64,000 nt of DNA from Squalus acanthias. Taxonomy: Eukaryota. The position numbers and the translations under genes are program-made. Numbering within the stretch: position 1 is the first letter of the stretch; each line of letters opens with the position of its first letter. The stretch lies in NCBI GenBank assembly GCA_030390025.1, contig CM059432.1, positions 248,001 through 312,000 on the forward strand, read 5' to 3'. Below the pieces are notes generated by a model. It saw only the letters and a program-made list of their open reading frames with translations. It was not told the DNA's origin and ran no database searches. Below are positions 1 to 12,226 of the stretch, one piece after another.

Positions 1-3000
1 GCCAGACGACCGTCCCCTGCCAGACGACCGTCCCCCGCTAGACGTCCGTCGCCCGCTAGACGACCGTCCCCCGCTAGACGACCGTCCCCCGCTAGACGAC
101 CGTACCCCACGAGACGACCGTCCCCCGCTAGACCACAGTCCCCCGCTAGACGACCGTCCCCCGCTAGACGACCGTACCCCACTAGACGTCCGTACACCAC
201 GAGACGACCGTCCCCCGCTAGACGACCATACCCGCTAGACGACCGTCCCCCGCTAGACGATCGTCCCCCGCTAGACGACCGTCCCCCGCTAGACGACCGT
301 AACCCACGAGACGACCGTCCCCCGCTAGACCACAGACCCCTGCTAGTCGACCGTCCCCTGCTAGACGACCGTACTCCACGAGATGATCGTCCCCCGCTAG
401 ACGACCGTCCCCCACTAGACGACCGTACCCCACGAGACGACCGTCCCCCGCTAGACGACCGTACCCCACTAGACGTCTGTACACCACGAGATGACCGTCC
501 CCCGCTAGACGACCATACCCGCTAGACGACCGTCCCCCGCTAGACGACCGTCCCCTGCTAGATGACCGTCCCCCGCTAGACGACCGTCCCCTGCCAGACG
601 ACCGTCCCCTGCTAGATGACCGTCCCCTGCCAGACGACCGTCCCCCGTTAGATGACCGTATCCCGCTAGACGACCGTCCCCTGCTAGATGACCGTACCCC
701 GCTAGATGACCGTCCCCCGCTAGATGACCGTCCCCCGCTAGATGACCGTACCCCGCTAGATGACCGTACCCCGCTAGACGACCGTCCCCTGCTAGATGAC
801 CGTCCTCCGCTAGATGACCATACCCTGCTAGATGACCGTTCCCTGCTAATGACCATACCCCGCTAGATGACCATACCCCGCCAGATGACCATACCCCGCT
901 AGATGACCGTACCCCGCTAGACGACCGTCCCCTGCTAGATGACCGTCCTCCGCTAGATGACCATACCCTGCTAGATGACCGTACCCTGCTAGATGACCGT
1001 ACCCTGCTAGATGACCATACCCTGCCAGATGACCGTACCCCGCTAGATGACCATACCCTGCTAGATGACCGTACCCTGCTAGATGACCATACCCCGCTAG
1101 ATGACCATACCCCGCCAGATGACCGTACCCCGCTAGATGACGGTTCACCGCTAGTCGACCGTCCCCTGCTAGATGACCGTCCCCCGCTAGATGACCGTAC
1201 CCCGCTAGATGACCGTACCCTGCCAGATGACCGTACCCCGCTAGATGACCATACCCCGCTAGATGACCGTACCCTGCTAGATGACCATACCCTGCTAGAT
1301 GACCGTACCCCGCTAGATGAGCATACCCTGCTAGATGACCATGCCCTGCTAGATGACCGTACCCTGCTAGATGACCATACCCTGCTAGATGACCGTACCC
1401 CGCTAGATGACCGTACCCTGCTAGATGACCGTACCCCGCTAGATGACCATACCCTGCTAGATGACCGTACCCCGCTAGATGACCGTACCCTGCTAGGTGA
1501 CCGTACCCCGCTAGATGACCGTACTCCGCTAGATGACCGTACCCTGCTAGATGATCGTACCCCGCTAGATGACCATACCCTGCTAGATGACCGTACCCTG
1601 CTAGATGACCGTACCCTGCTAGATGATCGTACCCCGCTAGATGACCATACCCTGCTAGATGACCGTACCCTGCTAGATGACCATACCCTGCCAGACGACC
1701 GTCCCCCGCTAGATGACCGTCCCCCGCTAGACGACCGTCCCCCACTAGATGACCGTACCCCGCTAGATGACCGTTCCCCACTAGATGACCGTACCCCGCT
1801 AGATGACCGTCCCCCGCTAGATGACCGTCCCCCGCTAGATGACCATACCCCGCTAGATGACCGTACCCCGCTAGATGACCATACCCTGCTAGATGACCGT
1901 ACCCCGCTAGATGACCGTACTCCGCTAGATGACCGTACCCTGCTAGATGACCGTCCCCCGCTAGATGACCGTACCCCGCTAGACGACCGTACCCCGCTAG
2001 ACGACCGTACCCTGCTAGATGACCGTCCCCCGCTAGATGACCATACCCCGCTAGACGACCTTCCCCCGCTAGATGACCATACCCTGCTAGATGACCGTAC
2101 CCCGCTAGACGACCGTCCCCCGCTAGATGACCGTACCCCGCTAGATGACGGTTCACCGCTAGATGACCATACCCTGCTAGATGACCATACCCTGCTAGAT
2201 GACCGTTCCCCGCTAGATGACCATACCCTGCTAGATGACCGTACCCCGCTAGACGACCGTCCCCCGCTAGATGACCGTACCCCGCTAGATGACCGTACCC
2301 TGCTAGATGACCGTACCCTGCTAGATGACCGTACCCTGCTAGATGACCGTACCCCGCTAGATGACCATACCCTGCTAGATGACGTACCCTGCTAGATGAC
2401 CATACCCTGCTAGATGACCGTACCCTGCTAGATGACCATACCCTGCTAGATGACCGTACCCCGCTAGATGACCATACCCTGCTAGATGACCGTACCCCGC
2501 TAGATGACCATGCCCTGCTAGATGACCGTACCCTGCTAGATGACCGTACCCTACTAGATGACCGTACCCCGCTAGATGACCATACCCCGCTAGATGACCG
2601 TACCCCGCTAGATGACCGTACCCTGCTAGATGACCGTACCCTGCTAGATGATCGTACCCTGCTAGATGACCATACCCCGCTAGATGACCGTACCCTGCTA
2701 GATGACCATACCCCGCTAGATGACCGTACCCTGCCAGATGACCATACCCTGCTAGATGATCGTACCCTGCTAGATGACCATACCCTGCCAGATGACCATA
2801 CCCTGCTAGATGACCGTCCCCCGCTAGATGATCGTACCCCGTTCGATGACCGTCCCCTGTTTGATGACCGTACCCTGCTAGATGACCATACCCCGCTAGA
2901 TGACCGTACCCCGCTAGATGACCGTACCCCGCTAGATGACCGTACCCCGCTAGATGACCATCCCCCGCTAGACGACCATCCCCCGCTAGACGACCGTCCC

Positions 3001-6000
3001 CCGCTAGACGACTGTCCCCCGCTAGATGACCGTATCCTGCTAGATGACCATACCCCGCTAGATGACCATACCCCGCTAGATGATCGTCCCCCGTTGGATG
3101 ACCATACCCCGCTAGATGACCATACCCCGCTAGATGACCGTACCCCGCTGGATGACCATCCCCCGCTAGATGACCGTACCCCGCTAGATGACCGTACCCT
3201 GCTAGATGACCGTACCCTGCTAGATGACCGTACCCTGCTAGATGATCGTACCCCGCTAGATGACCATACCCTGCTAGATGACCATACCCTGCTAGATGAC
3301 CGTCCCTCGCTAGATGATCGTACCCCGTTAGATGACCGTACCCCGTTAGATGACCGTACCCTGCTAGACGACCGTACCCCGCTCGATGACCCTCCCCCGC
3401 TAGATGACCGTCCCCCGCTAGACGACCGTCCCCCGCTAGATGACCATCCACCGCTAGACGACCATCCCCCGCTGGACGACCGTCCCCCGCTAGATGATCG
3501 TACCCCGTTCGATGACCGTCCCCTGTTTGATGACCGTACCCTGCTAGATGACCATACCCCGCTAGATGACCGTACCCCGCTAGATGACCGTACCCCGCTA
3601 GATGACCATCCCCCGCTAGACGACCATCCCCCGCTAGACGACCGTCCCCCGCTAGACGACTGTCCCCCGCTAGATGACCGTATCCTGCTAGATGACCATA
3701 CCCCGCTAGATGACCATACCCCGCTAGATGATCGTCCCCCGTTGGATGACCATACCCCGCTAGATGACCATACCCCGCTAGATGACCGTACCCCGCTGGA
3801 TGACCATCCCCCGCTAGATGACCGTACCCCGCTAGATGACCGTACCCTGCTAGACAACCGTGCCCCGCTAGACGACCATCCCCCGCTAGACGACTGTACC
3901 CCGCTATACGACCGTACCCCGCTTGATGACCGTACCCCGCTAGACGACCGTACCCCGCTAGATGACCGTACCCCGCTAGATGACCGTACCCCGCTAGACG
4001 ACCGTACCCCGCTAGATGACCGTACCTCGCTAGACGACTGTACCCCGCTAGATGACCGTACCCCGCTAGATGACCGTACCCCGCTAGATGGCCGTACCCC
4101 GCTAGATGACCGTACCCCGCTAGATGACCGTACCCTGCTAGATGACCGTACCCCGCTAGATGACCATACCCTACTAGATGACGTACCCTGCTAGGTGACC
4201 GTACCCCGCTAGATGACCGTACTCCGCTAGATGACCGTACCCTACTAGATGACCATACCCTGCTAGATGACCATACCCTGCTAGATGACCGTACCCCGCT
4301 AGATGACCGTACCCTGCTAGGTGACCGTACCCCGCTAGATGACCGTACTCCGCTAGATGACCGTACCCTACTAGATGACCATACCCTGCTAGATGATCGT
4401 ACCCCGCTAGATGACCATACCCTGCTAGATGACCGTACCCTGCTAGATGACCGTACCCTGCTAGATGATCGTACCCCGCTAGATGACCATACCCTGCTAG
4501 ATGACCATACCCTGCCAGACGACCGTCCCCCGCTAGATGACCGTCCCCCGCTAGACGACCGTCCCCCACTAGATGACCGTACCCCGCTAGATGACCGTTC
4601 CCCGCTAGATGACCGTACCCCGCTAGATGACCGTCCCCCGCTAGATGACCGTCCCCCGCTAGATGACCATACCCCGCTAGATGACCGTACCCCGCTAGAC
4701 GACGTACCCCGCTAGATGACCGTACCCCGCTAGATGACCGTACCCCGCTAGATGACCGTACCCTGCTAGATGACCGTACCCTGCTAGATGACCGTACCCC
4801 GCTAGATGACCGTACTCCGCTAGATGACCGTACCCTGCTAGATGACCGTCCCCCGCTAGATGACCATACCCCGCCAGATGACCGTACCCCGCTAGACGAC
4901 CGTACCCTGCTAGATGACCGTACCCTGCTAGATGACCGTACCCTGCTAGATGACCGTACCCCGCTAGATGACCGTACTCCGCTAGATGACCGTACCCTGC
5001 TAGATGACCGTCCCCCGCTAGATGACCGTACCCCGCTAGACGAACGTACCCCGCTAGACGACCTTCCCCTGCTAGATGACCGTACCCTGCTAGATGACCG
5101 TAACCCGCTAGGTGACCGTACCCTGCTAGATGACCGTACCCTACTAGATGACCGTACCCCGCTAGATGACCGTACCCCGCTAGATGACCGTTCCCCGCTA
5201 GATGACCATACCCTGCTAGATGACCGTACCCTACTAGATGACCGTACCCCGCTAGATGACCATACCCTGCTAGATGACCGTACCCCGCTAGACGACCGTC
5301 CCCTGCTAGATGACCGTACCCCGCTAGATGACCATACCCCGCTAGATGACCGTACCCTGCTAGATGACCATACCCCGCTAGATGACCATACCCTGCTAGA
5401 TGACCGTACCCTGCTAGATGACCGTACCCCGCTAGATGACCATACCCTACTAGATGACGTACCCTGCTAGATGACCATACCCTGCTAGATGACCATACCC
5501 CGCTAGATGACCATACCCCGCTAGATGACCATACCCCGCTAGATGACCGTACCCTGCTAGATGACCGTCCCCCGCTAGATGACCGTACCCTGCTAGATGA
5601 CCGTACCCTACTAGATGACCGTACCCCGCTAGATGACCATACCCCGCTAGATGACCGTACCCCGCTAGATGACCGTACCCTGCTAGATGACCGTACCCTG
5701 CTAGATGACCGTACCCTACTAGATGACCGTACCCCGCTAGATGACCGTACCCTGCTAGATGACCGTACCCTGCTAGATGACCGTACCCTGCTAGATGACC
5801 ATACCCCGCTAGATGACCATACACTACTAGATGACCGTCCCCCGCTAGATGACCGTACCCCGCTAGATGACCGTACCCTGCTAGATGACCGTACCCTGCT
5901 AGATGACCGTACCCTACTAGATGACCGTACCCCGCTAGATGACCGTACCCTGCTAGATGACCGTACCCTGCTAGATGACCGTACCCTGCTAGATGACCGT

Positions 6001-8432
6001 CCCCCGCTAGACGACCGTACCCTGCTAGATGACCGTACCCCGCTAGATGACCGTACCCCGCTAGATGACCATACCCTGCTAGATGACCGTACCCCGCTAG
6101 ATGACCGTACCCTGCTAGATGATCGTACCCCGCTAGATGACCATACCCTGCTAGATGACCATACCCCGCTAGATGACCGTACCCTGCTAGATGACCGTAC
6201 CCTGCTAGATGACCGTACCCTGCTAGATGATCGTACCCCGCTAGATGACCATACCCTGCTAGATGACCATACCCCGCTAGATGACCGTACCCCGCTAGAT
6301 GACCATACCCCGCTAGATGACCGTACCCCGCTAGATGACCGTCCCCCGCTAGATGATCGTACCCCGTTAGATGACCGTACCCCGTTAGATGACCGTCCCC
6401 CGCTAGATGACCATCCACCGCTAGACGACCATCCCCCGCTAGACGACCGTCCCCCGCTAGACGACCGTCCCCCGCTAGATGACCGTATCCTGCTAGATGA
6501 CCATACCCCGCTAGATGACCGTACCCCGCTAGATGACCGTACCCCGCTAGATGACCATCCCCCGCTAGACGACCATCCCCCGCTAGATGACCGTACCCTG
6601 CTAGATGACCGTACCCTGCTAGATGACCGTAACCCGCTAGATGACCGTACCCCACTGGATGACCGTACCCCGCTAGACGACCGTCCCCCGCTAGATGACC
6701 GTACCCCGCTAGATGACCGTCCCCCGCTAGATGACCGTACCCCGCTAGATGACCATACCCCGCTAGATGACTGTACCCCGCTAGATGACGGTTCACCGCT
6801 AGATGACCGTACCCTGCTAGATGACCGTCCCCGCTAGATGACCATACCCTGCTAGATGACCGTACCCCGCTAGACGACCGTCCCCTGCTAGATGACCGTC
6901 CCCCGCTAGATGACCATACCCTGCTAGATGACCGTACCCTGCTAGATGACCATACCCTGCTAGATGACCATACCCCGCTAGATGACCGTACCCTGCCAGA
7001 TGACCGTACCCCGCTAGATGACCATACCCCGCTAGATGACCGTACCCTGCTAGATGACCATACCCTGCTAGATGACCGTACCCCGCTAGATGACCATACC
7101 CTGCTAGATGACCGTACCCCGCTAGATGACCATACCCTACTAGATGACCGTACCCCGCTAGATGACCATACCCTGCTAGATGACCGTACCCCGCTAGATG
7201 ACCGTACCCTGCTAGATGACCGTCCCCCGCTAGACGACCGTCCCCCGCTAGATGACCGTACCCTACTAGATGACCATACCCTGCTAGATGACCGTACCCT
7301 GCTAGATGATCGTACCCCGCTAGATGACCGTACCCCGCTAGATGACCGTACCCTGCTAGATGACCGTACCCTGCTAGATGATCGTACCCCACTAGATGAC
7401 CATACCCTGCTAGATGACCATACCCTGCTAGATGACCGTCCCCCGCTAGATGATCGTACCCCGTTAGATGACCGTACCCCGTTAGATGACCGTACCCCGT
7501 TGGATGACCGTACCCTGCTAGACGACCGTACCCCGCTCGATGACCGTCCCCCGCTAGATGACCGTCCCCCGCTAGACGACCGTCCCCCGCTAGATGACCG
7601 TACCCTACTAGATGACCGTCCCCTGTTTGATGACCGTACCCTGCTAGATGACCATACCCCGCTAGATGACCGTACCCCGCTAGACGACCGTACCCCGCTC
7701 GATGACCATCCCCCGCTGGATGACCGTCCCCCGCTAGACGACCGTCCCCCGCTAGATGACCGTACCCTACTAGATGACCGTCCCCTGTTTGATGACCGTA
7801 CCCTGCTAGATGACCATACCCCGCTAGATGACCGTACCCCGCTAGATGACCGTACCCCGCTAGATGACCGTATCCCGCTAGATGACCATCCCCCGCTAGA
7901 CGACCGTCCCCCGCTAGACGACCGTCCCCCGCTAGATGACCGTACCCTGCTAGATGACCGTACCCCGCTAGATGACCATCCCCCGCTAGACGACCGTCCC
8001 CCGCTAGACGACCGTCCCCCGCTAGATGACCGTACCCTGCTAGATGACCGTACCCCGCTAGATGACCATACCCCGCTAGATGACCGTCCCCCGCTAGATG
8101 ACCGTACCCTGCTAGATGACCGTACCCTGCTAGATGACCGTACCCCGCTGGATGACCATCCCCCGCTAGATGACCGTACTCCGCTAGATGACCGTACCCT
8201 GCTAGATGACCGTACTCCGCTAGATGACCGTACCCTGCTAGACGACCGTACCCCACGAGACGACCGTACCCCACTAGACGACCGTCCCCCGCTAGATGAC
8301 CGTACCCCGTTAGATGACCATACCCCGCTAGACGACCGTACCCTACTAGATGACCGTACCCTGCTAGATGACCGTACCCCGCTGGATGACCGTCCCCTGC
8401 TAGACGACCGTACCCTGCTAGATGACCGTACC
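1..8432. repeat. 18-bp tandem satellite, consensus GCTAGATGACCGTACCCC, roughly 465-470 units, continuing past the window start
   Basis: Continuous 18-nt periodicity; variants are mostly CpG transitions; occasional 1-nt deletions near 2380, 4180, 4702, 5458 and 6830. Confidence 0.98.
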
Positions 8433-8467
8433 CATTCTCTGACAGGAACATCCTGCCCCCCCGAACT

Positions 8468-8659
8468 AAACCTCTCACCATGAGCGTTCCCATCCCCCTT
8501 CACTAGTTGCCAAACCTGCCGCTCCTACACACGGCACTCTCCTGCACTTGAGTTTTCTTCCATATAAGGTATGGAATGCAGAGAGTACCTGCTGTTTACG
8601 CTGGGATAGGCTCCTGCCCTCGGGGCTCTCTCCGTGTATCAATGCCTTCCTACCTCGCT
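8468..8659 (-). promoter_or_regulatory. Conserved MCAT+CArG module, copy 1 (candidate SRF/TEAD enhancer)
   Basis: CCATATAAGG at 8560-8569 and TGGAATG at 8572-8578; gap-free homology to 39573-39765 and 54836-55012. Confidence 0.65.
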
Positions 8660-8756
8660 GGCCCATGTTCAGGCCTGTTTTAGAGTCTCCAGCTTCCCAG
8701 TGTCTGCGTCAAATCATTCAAACTGTTGGGTCACTTTTTAGCTAGTTTGGGGTTTG

Positions 8757-9086
8757 CACAGAATTTACAGCAAAGAAACAGGCCATTCGGCCCAACACCA
8801 TACCGGTGTTTGTGCTCCACAGAATCACCTCCGACCCCTCTTCATCTCACCCTATCACCATATCCCTCTATTCCTTTCTCCCTCATGTCTTTATCGAGCT
8901 TCCCCTTAAAAGCATCTATACTATTCACCTCAACCACTCCCTGTGGTAGCGAGTTCCACATTCTCACCACTCTCTGGGCAAAGAAGTTTCTCCTGATTCC
9001 CTATTGGATTTATTAGTGACTGTCTTATATTGATGGCCTCTAGTTCTGGATTCCCCACAAGCGGAAACACCTTCTCTACGCCTACC
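8757..9086 (-). mobile_element. CR1-type LINE 3' fragment
   Basis: GGCCATTCGGCCC tail motif and decayed ORF2 C-terminus like the other CR1 copies here. Confidence 0.8.
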
Positions 9087-9970
9087 TCCCTGGCAGCTTA
9101 CCTGGCTGGGTATTCTTTGGGTACGAACAACAACACCTTGTATTTATATAGCGCCTTTAACGTGGTAAAACATCCCAAGGCGCTTCACAGGAGTATTATA
9201 AGACAAAAAATTTGACACCGAGCCACATAAGGATAAATTAGGGCAGGTGACCAAAAGCTTGGTCAAAGAGGTCGGTTTTAAGGAGCGTCTTAAAGTAGCA
9301 GAGAGAGGTAGCGAGGCGGAGAGGTTTAGTCAGGGAGTTCCAGAGCTTAGGGCCCAGGCAACAGAAAGCATGGCCACCAATGGTTGAGCGATTATAATCA
9401 GGGATGCTCAAGAGGGCAGAATTAGAGGAGCGCAGATATCTCGGGGGGTTGTGGGGCTGAAGGAGATTACAGAGATAGGGAGGGGCGAGGCCACGGAGGG
9501 ATTTGAAAACAAGGATGAGAATTTTGAAATCGAGGCGCTGCTTAACCGGGAGCCAATGTAGGTCAGCGAGCACAGGGGTGATGGGTGAACGGGACTTGGT
9601 GCGAGTTAGGACACGGGCAGCCGAGTTTTGGATGACCTCTAGTTTACGTAGGGTGGAATGTGGGAGGCCGGCCAGGAGTGCGTTGGAATAGTCAAGTCTA
9701 GAGGTAACAAAGGCATGGATGAGGGTTTCAGCAGCGGATGAGCTGAGGCAAGGGCGGAGACAGGCGATGTTACGAAGGTGGAAATAGGCGGTCTTTGTTA
9801 TGCTGCGGATATGTGGTCGGAAGCTCATTTCAGGGTCAAATATGACACCAAGGTTGCGAACAGTGGGGTTCAGCCTCAGACAGATATTAGGGAGAGGGAT
9901 GGAGTCGGTGGCTAGGGAACGGAGTTTGTGGCTGGGACTGAAAACAATGGCTTCGGACTTCCCAATATTT

Positions 9971-11664
9971 AAGAACATAAGAAAGTTAGAGCATAAGAAT
10001 TAGGAGCAGGAGTCGGCGATTCGGCCCCTCGAGCCTGCTCCGCCATTCAATGAGATCATGGCTGATCTTTGACCTCAACTCCACTTTCGTACCCGATCTC
10101 CATATCCCTTGAATCCCCTAGAGTCCAAAAATCTATTTATCTCAGCCTTGAATATACTCAAAGGGGTAAAAATTGAGTCGCGCCCCATTTGAGGCGCTAA
10201 CCTCGCCGGGGCGCGACTTTTAGCGCCCCGAAAAAATTAGCGGCCCCGCGCCGGAACTTCAGTGGTTGCGCCCCAAGAGGGAAGCGGGGCGCCACTGGAA
10301 GCACCCCGCATCCCTCTTGGGGCGCTGCGAGGGAATATCCTGGCGCTACGTGCCGCAGCGCCACGCGCTGCGGCACGTCGCGCCGCAGTATTGCAGGCCT
10401 TCCTCCCCTTCTTAAAGGGGAGGGACCCTGCGCAGCGCGAACCGGGGCCCAGCTGGGCCCCCAGGGATCGGGAGTGCCGGCAAAAGAGCCCGGCACTCAA
10501 GAGAAGTGCCGGGCTCTTGGAGCGCAGCCGGCACTTCACGGTGGGGGGGCTTCACGGGGGCCGGGGACAGCAACGGGGGCAGGTGCTGGCAGGCGGCCAG
10601 CAACAAAAATGGCCGCCTGCCACCTCCCCTTTAAATATCGCCGCCCCGGCCGCACGTACGCCTCCCTGAACCCGTCGGACATAGCGTCTGGCGGTAAATC
10701 AGGGGGCGCGACTGAAGATCACGGCCGGGGCGCGAGCGGGGTGCTGCGCACGGCGATGACATCATCGCCGGCGGCGCAGCGCCACAGGGCGCTACCAGCT
10801 GCCGCCGCCGCTAACCTCCCGCTGAATTTTTCGGGAGGCGTGGGCGGCGCTGCGCCCGGGCGTTAGCTGCTTTACGCCCCATTAGCGCCCTCTTAAGGCG
10901 CTAACGGGAGGCGCAAGCAGCTGAATTTTTCCCCCAAAGACTCAGCATCCACAGCCACTGTTTTTCTATTCTTCCTACCAAAGTGAATAACCTGACATTT
11001 CCTCACATTATGCTCCATCTGCCACCTTATCACCCACTCACTTAGTCTATCTATATCCCTTTGCAGGCTCTTTGTGTTCTCCTCACAGCTTACTTTCCCA
11101 CCTAGCTTTGTATCGTCAGCAAACTTATCCCTACTCTCTGTTTTCTGTCCGTTAACCAATCCTCTATCCATGCTAATATATTACCCCCAACCCCATGAGC
11201 CCTTATCTAGTGTAACAACCTTTTATGTGGCACCTTATCGAATGCCTTTTGGAAATCCAAATATCCACTTATCCACATCCACTGGTTCCTCTTTATCTAC
11301 CCTGCTAGTTACATCCTCAAAAAACTCTAATAAATTTGACAAACATGATTTCCCTTTCATAAAACCATGTTGACTCTGCCTAATCATGTTATGATTTTCT
11401 AAGTGCCCTGATACCACTTCCTTAACAATGGATTCCAGCATTTTTCCGACAACTGATGTCAGGCTAACTGGCCTGTAGTTCCCTGTTTTTCTCTCCCTCC
11501 TTTCTTGAATAGCGGTGTTACATTTGCGACCTTCCAATCTGCTGGGACCGTTCTAGAATCTAGGGAATTTTGGAAGATCACAACCAATGCATCCACTATC
11601 TCTGCAGCCACCTCTTTTAGAACCCTAGGATGTAGGCCGTCAGGTCCAGGGGATTTCTCAGCTT
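9971..11664 (-). mobile_element. CR1-type LINE, internally deleted, inserted in the L2
   Basis: AAGAACAT tail repeat; RT fragments [32 protein letters not shown]. Confidence 0.9.
10163..10935. mobile_element. GC-rich MITE, probably PIF/Harbinger-type
   Basis: TIRs GGGGTAAAAATT / AATTTTTCCCCC; 3-bp AAA duplication; host CR1 reads through as TACTCAAAGACTCAGC; no transposase. Confidence 0.75.
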
Positions 11665-12226
11665 TTAGTTGGAGGAAGTTTCAGCTCATCCAGGACTGGA
11701 TGTCGGACAAGCAGTCTGACAATTTAGAGACCGTGGAGGGGTCGAGAGAAGTGGTGGTGAGGTAGAGCTGGGTGTCGTCAGCGTACATGTGGAAACTGAC
11801 GCTGTGTTTTCGGATGATGTCACCAAGGGGAAACATGTAGATGAGAAATAGGAGGGGGCCAAGGATAGATCCTTGGGGGACACCAGAGGTAACGGTGCGG
11901 GAGTGGGAAGAGAAGCCATTGCAGGTTACGATTAGATAGATAAGAATGGAAATAGGCGAGTGCTGTCCCACCCAGCTGGACAGCAGTGCAGAGGTGTTGT
12001 GTTGGAGGATGGAGGGGTCAACCGATAGTTTACCACGGTCACAGTCACAAAGGATGTCATTTGTGACTTTGATAAGAGCCATTTCGGTACTGTGGCAGGG
12101 GCTGAAACCTGATTGGAGGGATTCAAACATGGAGTTCCAGGAAAGATGGACACGGATTTGGGAGGCGAGACATTCAAGGACTTTGGACAATATATATTAA
12201 TGATCTAGACGAGGGAACTAGATGTC

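Noticed and set aside
2841..3860. A shared 37-unit higher-order period in the 18-bp and 33-bp arrays
   Set aside because: The offset in the 18-bp array varies (666 then 648 bp), so the match is treated as coincidence.
1..8432. CRISPR-like array
   Set aside because: No unique spacers, no cas genes, and a eukaryotic context; the same applies to the 33-bp arrays.
10163..10935. CpG-island promoter or GC-rich ORFs
   Set aside because: Bounded by TIRs and a TSD inside a CR1, so a MITE.
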